Positions 45,484 to 54,531 of a stretch of 64,000 bases of DNA are shown one piece after another. Within the stretch, counting starts at the first letter, position 1, and every line of letters begins with the position of its first letter. The position numbers and the translations under genes are program-made. Source of the stretch: Solihabitans fulvus (GTDB lineage: Bacteria; Actinomycetota; Actinomycetes; Mycobacteriales; Pseudonocardiaceae). Below the pieces are notes generated by a model, which did no database searches, was not told the DNA's origin, and saw only the letters and a program-made list of their open reading frames with translations. Location: the NCBI RefSeq assembly GCF_008386585.1, contig NZ_VUOB01000005.1:40232-104231 (forward strand). Reading direction: 5' to 3'.

Positions 45484-46323
45484 GTGGAGATCCTGCGCTA
45501 CACCGCGTTCAGCGCCGACCCCGCCGGGGGCAACCCGGCCGGGGTCGTGCTCGACGCGACCGGAGCCGACGACGGCGCGATGCTGGCGGTGGCCGCCGAC
45601 CTCGGCTACTCAGAGACGGCGTTCCTGGTGCCGCGCGAGCCCGGCTGCGTCGACGTCCGCTACTTCAGCCCGCTGGCCGAGGTGCCCTTCTGCGGGCACG
45701 CGACGATCGCGGCGGCCGTGGCGCACTCCCGGCGGCACGGCCCGGGCCACCTGGCGTTCGACACCGCGGCCGGGCGCGTCGAGGTGTCGACCTCGGTCGG
45801 CGCGGACGGCACGCACACGGCAGCGCTGGTCAGCGTCCCGCCCCGCACGGCGCCCCTGACCGACGGCGACCTCGACGCGCTGCTCGCGGCGCTGCGCTGG
45901 CGGCGCGCGGACCTCGACCCCGCCCTGCCGCCCCGCGTCGGCTACGCGGGCGCCTGGCACCCGATCCTGGCGGCCGGCACGCGGGCCCGCCTCGCCGACC
46001 TGGACTACGACTTCGCCGCGCTGGCCGGGCTGATGGCGGCGCGCGACTGGACCACGGTGAACCTGCTGTTGCGCGAGTCGGCGACGGTGTTCCACTCCCG
46101 CAACCCGTTCCCGCCGGGCGGCGTCGTCGAGGACCCCGCCACCGGGGCCGCCGCCGCCGCGCTCGGCGGCTACCTGCGCGAACTCGGCCTGGTCGGGCCG
46201 CCCGTGACGCTGACCGTGCGGCAGGGCGAGGACCTCGGCAGGCCGGGCGTGCTGACGGTGACCGTGCCAGCCGAGGCCGGCGGCGGCATCACCGTGGCCG
46301 GCACCGCCGTGCCGATCGACTGA
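45484..46323 (+). CDS. PhzF-family phenazine-biosynthesis-like isomerase
   Basis: PhzF/DAP-epimerase-fold motifs (ETAF, FCGHATIAA). Confidence 0.85.
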   Translation: MEILRYTAFSADPAGGNPAGVVLDATGADDGAMLAVAADLGYSETAFLVPREPGCVDVRYFSPLAEVPFCGHATIAAAVAHSRRHGPGHLAFDTAAGRVEVSTSVGADGTHTAALVSVPPRTAPLTDGDLDALLAALRWRRADLDPALPPRVGYAGAWHPILAAGTRARLADLDYDFAALAGLMAARDWTTVNLLLRESATVFHSRNPFPPGGVVEDPATGAAAAALGGYLRELGLVGPPVTLTVRQGEDLGRPGVLTVTVPAEAGGGITVAGTAVPID

Positions 46324-46375
46324 CCGTCGCCGACCGGCACGGCGGCCGATGCCGCGCAGGCCCGCGCGCCGGTGG

Positions 46376-46945
46376 TCAGGCCGCAGGCGGGCGGGGGAAG
46401 TCCTTGCGCTTGATCTTGGCCCGGCGCCCGTCCGGGTGGTGGAAGACGATCCCCTCGGCGAGATGTCCCGGCGAGAACGAGCTGTCCAGCGTGGCCAGGA
46501 AGTCCTGTAGCTCCCGGTAGCTGCGGGGCACGTCGGGGACGGTCGGCGCCTGGAGGTTGAACGGCAGGCACCGGTGCTCGTCCAGGGCCAGGGGGTTGCC
46601 CTGGATGCGGGGGCCCAGCGCCTCGCACGCGTGCTCGCCGTCCGGCCAGCCGGCCACGTCGGTGTTCCCTGCCGCCGCGAGGATCCACTTGTCCTCGGCG
46701 GAGCCCTGGTCGGTCTCGACGTACCAGCCGTCGACGATGCCCTGCTGTTTCTGCGCCTTGGTGGGATTGCGCCGCTTCTCGACCCGAACCACCTGACCCG
46801 ACCGCACGGTCAGGCGGACGTTGGTGCCGTCGAGCTTCTCCGTCCCCACCCCGGCGCCGTCGAAGACCCACGCGCACTCGGCGCGCGGCCGGTCGACCAC
46901 GTGGAAGCGCTCGTCGCGCTCGAAGAGCGTGGGGATCTTCTCCAT
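46376..46945 (-). CDS. RNA ligase family protein (small nucleotidyltransferase with a KxDG motif)
   Basis: 189 aa starting MEKIPTLFERDERF, with TEKLDGTNVRL (ligase motif I lysine). The track ORF is a long spurious upstream extension. Confidence 0.6.
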   Translation of the reverse strand: MEKIPTLFERDERFHVVDRPRAECAWVFDGAGVGTEKLDGTNVRLTVRSGQVVRVEKRRNPTKAQKQQGIVDGWYVETDQGSAEDKWILAAAGNTDVAGWPDGEHACEALGPRIQGNPLALDEHRCLPFNLQAPTVPDVPRSYRELQDFLATLDSSFSPGHLAEGIVFHHPDGRRAKIKRKDFPRPPAA

Positions 46946-47122
46946 GACCAGTAGGCCTTTCGCGATGTGTCCGATGAGTTGCTCGTGGGTGACGCCGCCG
47001 CCGGCCACAGAAATTACCGGGACCTCGTGCCGCGTCGCGGCTGCGCCCGAGTGCCGGATCCGTCCGGTGCCGGGCGTGTGCCGCCCTGCCGGCCACGCCA
47101 GGCGACGCCTAGGTTTTCCCTC

Positions 47123-48094
47123 GTGGGCAACCAGGTGCGGGCAACGGGACGGGTCGTCGTGCTGGTGCTGCCCGAGGTGAACCTGCTCGACCTCAGCGGC
47201 CCGGTGCAGGTGTTCGACGCGGCCGCGCACCTCGGTGCGGACTACCGGCTGGAGTACGTCGCCGACGCCGCGCAGGTCACCTCGGCGCAGGGCCTGCGGC
47301 TGGCCGGCCTGGGACCGCTGCCTGAGGTCGGACCCGGCGACCTCGTCCTGGTGCCCGGCCCGCGCCTTCGGGCGCCGACCGGGGACCGGCCGCTCGTCAC
47401 CGAGGCGGCGGTCGCGTGGCTGCGCGCGGCGCACCGGTCCGGCGCGCGCGTCGCGGCGGTCTGCACCGGGGCGGCGGCGCTCGGCGAGGCCGGGCTGCTC
47501 GACGGCCGCCGCTGCACCACGCACTGGACGCTGATCGAGCACCTGCGCCGCCGCTACCCGACCGCGCGGGTGGCCGACGCGGTGCTCTACGTCCACGACG
47601 GGCCGGTCAGCACCAGCGCCGGCATCTCCGCCGGCATCGACCTCGCGCTGTCGCTGGTGGAGGCCGACCACGGCCCCGCGCTGACGGCGGCGGTGGCCAG
47701 GGAGCTGGTGGTCTACCTGCGGCGCGACGGCGCGCACAGCCAGCTCAGCCCGTTCCTGCAACACCGCGCGCACCTGCACCCCGCCGTGCACCGGGTGCAG
47801 GACCACCTCGCCCAGCACCTGGACACCCCGCACACCCTCACCGAACTCGCCGCGCTGGCTCACCTGTCGACCAGGGGCCTGACCAGGGCGTTCACCGCGG
47901 CCACCGGCATCACGCCGCTGGCCTACCAGCAGCGGCTGCGGCTGGAACGCGCCGCCGCGCTGCTCACCGAGACCGACCTGCCCGTCGAGGCCGTCGCCGC
48001 GCGCTGCGGCTTCCGCGACGAGCGGCACTTCCGCCGGCTGTTCAAGGCCACCCACGGCGCGCCGCCCTCGGCCGCGCGCCGCGGCACCCGCTGA
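47123..48094 (+). CDS. AraC-family regulator with an N-terminal DJ-1/PfpI-like domain (GlxA-type)
   Basis: N-terminal DJ-1-like domain (AVCTGAAALGEAGLL) plus C-terminal AraC HTH (LTELAALAHLSTRGLTRAF ... GFRDERHFRRLFK). GTG start at about 47123. Confidence 0.8.
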   Translation: MGNQVRATGRVVVLVLPEVNLLDLSGPVQVFDAAAHLGADYRLEYVADAAQVTSAQGLRLAGLGPLPEVGPGDLVLVPGPRLRAPTGDRPLVTEAAVAWLRAAHRSGARVAAVCTGAAALGEAGLLDGRRCTTHWTLIEHLRRRYPTARVADAVLYVHDGPVSTSAGISAGIDLALSLVEADHGPALTAAVARELVVYLRRDGAHSQLSPFLQHRAHLHPAVHRVQDHLAQHLDTPHTLTELAALAHLSTRGLTRAFTAATGITPLAYQQRLRLERAAALLTETDLPVEAVAARCGFRDERHFRRLFKATHGAPPSAARRGTR

Positions 48095-48125
48095 CCGTCG
48101 AGTCACCCCACCCTGGAGCATCCTC

Positions 48126-49487
48126 ATGCCTGTCGCCGTGCGCCGTCTTCTGCATGCCCTGCTGGGCGTCGTCCTGGCCTTGGCCACCCTCGCCGGGATC
48201 GGCTCGGCCGGGGTCGCGGTGTCGATGGCCGAGAGCTATCCGACCGCGCCGCAGGCCGCGCCGGGCGACTGGCCCGCCCCGCCGCCGGTCCTGCCGGGGC
48301 GGCTGCGGGTGGCCGTGCTGATCGGCGGCGACGGCACCGTGGTGAGCGACGCGCTCGCGCCCTACGAGGTGTTCGCGCGCTCGTCCGCGTTCTCGGTCTA
48401 CACCGTGGCGGCCCGCCGCGCGCCGGCGACGCTGTCGGGCGGGCTGCGGCTGCTGCCCGACCACACGCTCGACGACGCGCCCCCGCCGGATCTTGTGGTG
48501 GTGCCGGCGGTGGTCGACCCGACCGGCGCGGGTTCGGCGCCACTGCGCGCCTGGCTGACCAGGCAGGCCGCGCGGGGCGCGCGCGTTCTTGGCGTGTGCG
48601 CCGGCGCCGAGCTGGTGGCCGCGACGGGGTTGCTCGACGGCCGCCGCGCCACGTCGTTCTGGGCGAACCTGGACGGCCTCGCGCAGGACTACCCGAAGGT
48701 TGGCTGGCTGCGCGGCGAGCGCTATGTCGAGGACGGACCGGTCACCACCACAGCTGGGGTGACCTCCGGGGTGGTCGGCGCGCTGCGGCTGGTGGAGCGG
48801 CTGGCCGGGGCCGCCGACGCGCAGCGCATCGGCGGGGAGCTGGCCTATCCGGGCTGGTCGCTGGACGGCCCCACCGCGATCCCGACCCGCGCGGTCGCCG
48901 CGGCCGACCTGCCCTACGGCCTCAACGCGGCGTTCCCCTGGTTCCGACCGACGCTGGGCGTCGGGCTGACCGACGGTGTCGGCGAGCTGGACGTGGCCGC
49001 CGCGTTCGAGCTGTACGCCGGGGTGTCCTTCGCGGCGCGGGCAGTGCCGCTTGGCGCGGGGCGGACCGTGACGACCCGACACGGGATGGTGCTGCTGACC
49101 GAGCCTGTGGACGGCGCGCCGGACGTGGCGCGGCTGGTGGCGCCGGGGGCGCGCGGCCTCGGCGAGGTCGACCCCGCGTTGACCGGGTGGGCCGCGCGGC
49201 GGGGTGTCGCCGTCGAGCTGCCGCACGCCGACCGGCGCGCGGGCGAGTCCGCGTTCGACCCGGTGCTGCGGGACCTGGCCACCCACGCCGACGGCGCCAC
49301 GGCGCGGGCCACCGCGAAGTACACCGAGTACCCGGCCGGGCGGTCGGAGCTGGCCGGCCCCGCATGGCCGTGGCGGCCAACGGCGCTGGCGGCGGTGGCG
49401 CTGCTGGTGTCGGCCGGGGTCGGGTTCGCGCCGACGCTGCTGCGTCGGCTGGCGCGTCGGCGTCGGCGCGAACCCTCTGGGAGCTAG
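48126..49487 (+). CDS. Secreted or membrane-anchored DJ-1/PfpI-family protein
   Basis: Signal peptide, then a DJ-1 fold with nucleophile elbow LGVCAGAELVA, and a C-terminal TM helix. Confidence 0.75.
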   Translation: MPVAVRRLLHALLGVVLALATLAGIGSAGVAVSMAESYPTAPQAAPGDWPAPPPVLPGRLRVAVLIGGDGTVVSDALAPYEVFARSSAFSVYTVAARRAPATLSGGLRLLPDHTLDDAPPPDLVVVPAVVDPTGAGSAPLRAWLTRQAARGARVLGVCAGAELVAATGLLDGRRATSFWANLDGLAQDYPKVGWLRGERYVEDGPVTTTAGVTSGVVGALRLVERLAGAADAQRIGGELAYPGWSLDGPTAIPTRAVAAADLPYGLNAAFPWFRPTLGVGLTDGVGELDVAAAFELYAGVSFAARAVPLGAGRTVTTRHGMVLLTEPVDGAPDVARLVAPGARGLGEVDPALTGWAARRGVAVELPHADRRAGESAFDPVLRDLATHADGATARATAKYTEYPAGRSELAGPAWPWRPTALAAVALLVSAGVGFAPTLLRRLARRRRREPSGS

Positions 49488-50242
49488 GCGGCGGCGCCGC
49501 CGTCGATGACGAGGTCGTGGCCGACGGCGAAGCCGGACTCCGGGGAGGCCAGCCACAGCACGGTGGCGGCGACCTCGGCGAGTGCGCCGACCCGGCCGAG
49601 CGGGATGGAGCCGCCCAGCCGGTCGTCCCGCTCCTGGTCGGTCTCGCCGGGCCGCCGCGACATGTCGGTGTCCGACGCGCCGGGGCTGACCGAGTTGATC
49701 CGGATGCCCGCGCCGATGTACTCCAGCGCGGCGGTCTTGGTGAGCGCGGAGACGGCGGCCTTGGACGCCGCGTACGCGCCGAGGCCGGGCTTGCGGATGT
49801 GCGCGCCGATGTTGGACGCGGTGTTGACGATGACGCCGCCGCCGTGCGCGCGCATGTGCGCGATCTCGTGCTTCATCGAGAGGAACACGCCGGTCACGTT
49901 GATCGCCATGACGTGGTTGAACGCGGCCTCGTCGAGGTCGGCGACCTCGCCGACGGCGAGCACGCCCGCGTTGTTGAACGCGATGTGCAGGCCGCCGTGG
50001 CGGGCCACGACGGTGTCGACCATGGCGGCGGCGTCGGCGGCGCTGGCCACGTCGGCGGTGACGGCGCTTGCGGTCCCGCCCGCGGCCTCGACCAGGCGCA
50101 CGGTCTCGGCGAGCGCGTCGTGGCCCCGGCCGGCGACCGCGACGGTCGCGCCCTCGGCGGCGAAGGCCAGGGCGGTGGCCCGGCCGATGCCCGAGCCGCC
50201 GCCGGTCACCAGGGCGACCTTGCCGGTGAATCGTGCGGTCAT
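49484..50242 (-). CDS. SDR-family oxidoreductase
   Basis: Motifs TGGGSGIGRA, NNAG, and YAASKAA (YxxxK). Confidence 0.9.
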   Translation of the reverse strand: MTARFTGKVALVTGGGSGIGRATALAFAAEGATVAVAGRGHDALAETVRLVEAAGGTASAVTADVASAADAAAMVDTVVARHGGLHIAFNNAGVLAVGEVADLDEAAFNHVMAINVTGVFLSMKHEIAHMRAHGGGVIVNTASNIGAHIRKPGLGAYAASKAAVSALTKTAALEYIGAGIRINSVSPGASDTDMSRRPGETDQERDDRLGGSIPLGRVGALAEVAATVLWLASPESGFAVGHDLVIDGGAAA

Positions 50243-50347
50243 CGTGTTGCTCCTGTTCGTTGTTCTGCGACAGAGTTCTGGGATGGATTCCAGACCGTTC
50301 GTTCTAGTTTGAACGCCTGGTGAGCCGAGGAGCCGTGGGTGGCGGTG

Positions 50348-50929
50348 CTACCGCAGCAGGCGCAGCGCCTGGTCGACGGCGTCGCGCAGCCGGTCGGGGT
50401 CGGGGCGGGCCCGCCCGAGCACGCGCACGCCCTGCAACAGCACCAGCAGGAACCTGGCCAGCGCGCGCGGGTCGGCCTCGGCGGCGAGCTCGCCCTGGGC
50501 GCGGGCCCGCAGCAGCGCGCCGGTGAGCGCGACCTCGAGGTTGGCCCAGCTCGCGTCGACGAGCCTGGCCGCCTCGGCGTCGGTCGAGGCGAGCTCGACG
50601 GCCGCGTTGACCACCATGCAGCCCAGCCGCAGCTCGTCGGTGGCGGACTGGTCAGCGAACCGCTCCACCAGCGCGCGCACCGAGGGCAGCACGGGGCCAG
50701 GCCGGGACAGCTCGTCGAGGATCTGGGGGTCGGTGGTCGCCAGGTAGCGGCGCAGCGCGGCGAGGTAGAGGTCGCGCTTGCCGCCGAAGGTGCCGTAGAT
50801 GCTGGCCCTGGCGATGCCGAGGTGTTCGACGAGGTCGGCCATGGAGGTGGCCTCGTAGCCGCGCCGCCAGAACAGCTCCAGCGCGGACTGGAGCACCGCG
50901 TCCGGGTCGAACTCCTTGGCTCTTGGCAC
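50348..50929 (-). CDS. TetR-family transcriptional regulator
   Basis: HTH region TSMADLVEHLGIARASIYGTF. Confidence 0.85.
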   Translation of the reverse strand: MPRAKEFDPDAVLQSALELFWRRGYEATSMADLVEHLGIARASIYGTFGGKRDLYLAALRRYLATTDPQILDELSRPGPVLPSVRALVERFADQSATDELRLGCMVVNAAVELASTDAEAARLVDASWANLEVALTGALLRARAQGELAAEADPRALARFLLVLLQGVRVLGRARPDPDRLRDAVDQALRLLR

Positions 50930-50957
50930 CCCGTGAACCTACGTCAAATAAGAACGA

Positions 50958-51275
50958 TCAGTCAAGAACGAGTGCCGGTTCCTCGGCGAGCACGAGGTCG
51001 AGCAGGCCAGGGAAGCGCGCGTCGAGGTCGTCGCGGCGCAGCGTCAGGTAGAGCTTGCGGCCGGAGCGGCGCTGGTGCAGGACGCCGGCCTCGCGCAGGA
51101 CCCGCCAGTGGTGGGTCATCGTGGACTTCGGCGCGCCGGTCTCGATCGCGCCGCAGAAGGTCTCCTCGCCCGAGGCGAGCGCGTGCACGATCGACATCCG
51201 GATCGGGTGCCCGAGCGCGGCCATGACCCCTTCGAGCCGCAGCTGCTCGCGTGTCGGGTGGGGGAGTTCGACCAT
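50958..51275 (-). CDS. ArsR-family transcriptional regulator
   Basis: Start MVELPHPTREQLRL at ATG 51275; HTH region PIRMSIVHALASGEETFCGAIE ... MTHHWRVLREAGVL. Confidence 0.8.
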   Translation of the reverse strand: MVELPHPTREQLRLEGVMAALGHPIRMSIVHALASGEETFCGAIETGAPKSTMTHHWRVLREAGVLHQRRSGRKLYLTLRRDDLDARFPGLLDLVLAEEPALVLD

Positions 51276-51289
51276 CGCACCACCGTACC

Positions 51290-51395
51290 GAAAAGTCGTA
51301 CTAACGCGTCTCACCTGCTTGACATCGCTCGCTCGACTGTACGAAAGTTCCGTACGTTCGGACTGTTCGGCTTTTCCGGACAGTCGTACGACTTG
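51290..51395. promoter_or_regulatory. Cluster of GTACG-core palindromes in the arsR/MFS divergent promoter: GTCGTAC (51295), GTACGAAAGTTCCGTAC (51339-51355), AGTCGTACGACT (51382-51393); TTGACA at 51319
   Basis: Several perfect or near-perfect inverted repeats sharing a GTACGAC core, consistent with an ArsR-type operator array. Read directly from the sequence. Confidence 0.5.
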
Positions 51396-51412
51396 TCGTT
51401 GAGAAGGAACCG

Positions 51413-52888
51413 ATGCCCTCCACTCCGCCATCGCCGGGCCCCCACCGCCGCCGCCTCGGTTTCGCCCTGGCGCTGCTGGCGTTCGCCCAGCTCGTCATCG
51501 CGTTGGACTTCAACATCGTGTACGTCGCGCTGCCCGAGATCGGCCGCGCGCTAGGCTTCTCCGCCCAGTCGTTGCAGTGGGTGGTCAGCGCCTACGCCGT
51601 GGCCTTCGGCGGGTTCCTGCTGCTGGGCGGGCGGGCCGCGGACCTGCTCGGCAGGCGCCGCGTGTTCGCCGCGGCCCTCGCCCTCTACGCCGTGTCCTCG
51701 CTGGTCGGCGGCCTCGCGTCCGGCCCTGGCCTGCTGGTCGCGGCGCGCGCGGTGCAGGGCGTCGGCGGCGCGCTGCTGTTCCCGGCGACCCTGTCGCTGG
51801 TCAACACCATGTTCGCGGAGGGAGCCGAACGCAACCGCGCCCTCGCGGTGTGGGGCGGGGCCGGCGCCAGCGGCCTGTGCCTCGGGTCGCTGCTGGGCGG
51901 CGTGCTCACCGACGCCTTCGGCTGGACCTCGGTGTTCTGCGTCAACGTGCCGCTGGCCGGCGTCGCCGCGCTGCTGGCGTTCGCGCTCATCCCGCGCGAC
52001 CCGGCTCGCGAGCGCGGCCGCGGCGTCGACCTGCCCGGTGCGGTGACCGCGACCGCCGGGGTCACGCTGCTGGTGTTCGCTCTCGTGCGGGGACCCGACG
52101 CGGGCTGGGGTTCGCCGACCGTCGTCGGTTGCCTGGTGGCCGCCGCCGCCCTGCTGGCCGCGTTCGCCGTCATCGAGTCCCGCGCCTGGGACCCGCTGAT
52201 GCCGTTGCGGCTGTTCGCCAACCGCAGCCTGCGCGCCGGCATGGCCATCACGTTCATCTTCATGGGCACCTTCAGCGCCCTGCCCTACTTCCTCACGCTG
52301 TACTTCCAGAACGTGCACGGCTACAGCCCGTTGCAGACCGGCCTCGGGTTCCTGGTGCCGTCGCTGGTGATCGCCGTCGGCACACAGGTCGGCGAGCGGA
52401 TGGTCGGCAGGCTCGACGTGCGCGCCACCCTGCTGACCGGCCTGGTCCTCGGCGCGGTCGGCACGGCCGGGCTCGCGCTGGGCATGTCCACCGACGGCAG
52501 CTACCTCGCGCTGCTGCCCGGCATCGTCGTGTTCTGCCTCGGCCAGGGCGTGACCTGGACCGGCATGTGGATCGCGGCGGCCTCCGGGGTGGACCACCGC
52601 GAACAGGGCGTCGCCTCGGGCATGGCCTCCACCACCCAGCAGGTCGGCGGCGCGATCGGGCTTGCGGTGCTCGTCGCGCTGGCCAACTCGCGCCTGCACG
52701 GCCTGACCGGCGAGGCCCTGCGCCGCGAGCTGACCGGCGGGGTCCGCACCGCCGTGCTCGTCGCGGCCGCCGGCATGGTCCTCGGCGCGCTGGTCGCCCT
52801 GACCTTCCGGACCCGCGCGCACGGCACGGTCGAGCCCGCCGTGGCCGCCGACGCGTTCGAACCCGCCATCGCCCGCCACGAGGACTGA
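51413..52888 (+). CDS. MFS transporter, 14-TM DHA2 drug:H+ antiporter type
   Basis: RBS GAAGGA upstream of the ATG; MFS motif A-like GRAADLLGRRR; 14 hydrophobic segments. Confidence 0.9.
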   Translation: MPSTPPSPGPHRRRLGFALALLAFAQLVIALDFNIVYVALPEIGRALGFSAQSLQWVVSAYAVAFGGFLLLGGRAADLLGRRRVFAAALALYAVSSLVGGLASGPGLLVAARAVQGVGGALLFPATLSLVNTMFAEGAERNRALAVWGGAGASGLCLGSLLGGVLTDAFGWTSVFCVNVPLAGVAALLAFALIPRDPARERGRGVDLPGAVTATAGVTLLVFALVRGPDAGWGSPTVVGCLVAAAALLAAFAVIESRAWDPLMPLRLFANRSLRAGMAITFIFMGTFSALPYFLTLYFQNVHGYSPLQTGLGFLVPSLVIAVGTQVGERMVGRLDVRATLLTGLVLGAVGTAGLALGMSTDGSYLALLPGIVVFCLGQGVTWTGMWIAAASGVDHREQGVASGMASTTQQVGGAIGLAVLVALANSRLHGLTGEALRRELTGGVRTAVLVAAAGMVLGALVALTFRTRAHGTVEPAVAADAFEPAIARHED

Positions 52889-52952
52889 CCTCCGGGTGTC
52901 CGTGGCGTGGATCCGCCCCGCCGCGGACACCCCCTTTTTCCTGGAGAGACCG

Positions 52953-54437
52953 ATGCACACCGATTTTGACGTGGCCATCGTCGGCGGCGGGCCCGTCGGC
53001 ACGCTGCTGGCGGCCGAACTGGGCCTGCACCGCGTCCGCGCGGTCGTCCTGGAACGGCTGCCGGAGCCCTCAGGGCAGTCCAAGGCCGGCACCCTGCACG
53101 CCCGCACCGCCCAGACCCTGGACCGGCGCGGCCTGCTCGAGGAGGTCGCCGCCCTGGACCGGCCCCGCCCAGCAGGCGCGCCCGTCCCGTTCCACTTCGC
53201 CGGGATCTTCGGCCTCGACCTCGGCCACCTGTCGCCGGGCCCCGCGCTGGTCGGCGCGCCGCAGGCGTGGGCAGAGCAGGTCTTCGCCGACCGCGCGGCC
53301 CGGCGCGGCGTGCCCATTCGCCGAGGACACGCCGTGGTCGGGCTCGCCGACCACGGCGACCACGTCGCACTCGAGGTCACCGGCCCCGACGGCCCCTACC
53401 GGCTCACCGCAGGGTTCGTCGTCGGCGCGGACGGCGCGCGCAGCGCCGTGCGGTCGCTGGCCGGCATCCCGTTCGTCGGGCACGGCGCGACGGTGGCCGC
53501 GCTGATGGGCGACGTGCGGCTGCTGGCGCCCCACGACGCCCCGCAGGGCTGGCAGCGCACCCCACGCGGCTGGATCATGACCTTCGTCAACCCCGCCGGC
53601 GTCAGCAGGGTGTTCACCTACGACTTCACCGCCCCGCATCCCGACCGCCGCGCGCCGGTGACGCTCGAGGAGTTCCGGCGCACCGCCGAGCGCATCGCCG
53701 GCCGGCCCGTGCCGATGGCCGAACCCCGATGGCTGACCCGCTTCGGCGACGCCGCGCTCCAGGCCAAGACCTACCGCGCCGGCCGGGTGCTGCTGGCCGG
53801 GGACGCGGCGCACGTACACTTCCCGACCGGCGGCCAAGGCGTGAACACCGGCCTCCAGGACGCGGTGAACCTGGGCTGGAAGCTCGCCGCGCAGGTCGCC
53901 GGCTGGGCCCCCGACGGCCTGCTGGACAGCTACCACGGCGAGCGGCACCCGGTGGCGGCGCGGGTGCTGTGGAACGTGCGCGCCCAGGTCGCCCTGATGC
54001 GGCCCGGCCCCGAGGTCGACCCGCTGCGGGAGCTGTTCGCGGAGCTGCTGGACCTGCCGCAGGTCAACGACCGGCTCGGCCGGATGATCAGCGGCCTGGA
54101 CATCGCCTACGACGTGGGCCTGCCCGGGGTCGCGGCGGCCGGGCGGCTGGCCGAGGACCGCGACCTCAAGACCGCCGACGGGCCGGTGCGCCTGGCGCGG
54201 CTGCTGCACGCGGGCCGCCCGGTGCTGCTGGACCTCACCGACCGGGCGGACCTGCGGCGGGTCGCCGAGCCGGTGGCCGACCGGGTCGACGTGGTGACCG
54301 CGCTGCCGGTCGTCGACGACGGCGCCGGGGCGCTGCTGATCCGCCCGGACGGGTACGTCGCCTGGGCCGAGCACGACCACCGGAGGGATCCCGCGACGCT
54401 GCGGGCCGCGCTGACGCGCTGGTTCGGCGGCCCTTGA
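52953..54437 (+). CDS. FAD-dependent aromatic-ring monooxygenase (Rox/TetX/PheA-like class A flavoprotein monooxygenase)
   Basis: FAD-binding motifs DVAIVGGGPVGTLLA, DG (GADGARSAVR), and GD...H...G (LAGDAAHVHFPTGGQGVNTG). ATG 52953 after RBS GGAGAG. Confidence 0.85.
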   Translation: MHTDFDVAIVGGGPVGTLLAAELGLHRVRAVVLERLPEPSGQSKAGTLHARTAQTLDRRGLLEEVAALDRPRPAGAPVPFHFAGIFGLDLGHLSPGPALVGAPQAWAEQVFADRAARRGVPIRRGHAVVGLADHGDHVALEVTGPDGPYRLTAGFVVGADGARSAVRSLAGIPFVGHGATVAALMGDVRLLAPHDAPQGWQRTPRGWIMTFVNPAGVSRVFTYDFTAPHPDRRAPVTLEEFRRTAERIAGRPVPMAEPRWLTRFGDAALQAKTYRAGRVLLAGDAAHVHFPTGGQGVNTGLQDAVNLGWKLAAQVAGWAPDGLLDSYHGERHPVAARVLWNVRAQVALMRPGPEVDPLRELFAELLDLPQVNDRLGRMISGLDIAYDVGLPGVAAAGRLAEDRDLKTADGPVRLARLLHAGRPVLLDLTDRADLRRVAEPVADRVDVVTALPVVDDGAGALLIRPDGYVAWAEHDHRRDPATLRAALTRWFGGP

Positions 54438-54531
54438 CCGGTGCGGCTGCCCGTGGCAGGGCCTGCCGGCGGTAGCGGACCCCTCGCCGGGCTGCCACGG
54501 TGGGGGAGCCGCTACCGCGAGGGGGTCCCCC

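Noticed and set aside
48042-50323. 504-aa (-) and 575-aa (+) ORFs
   Set aside because: Antisense to the DJ-1/PfpI and SDR genes.
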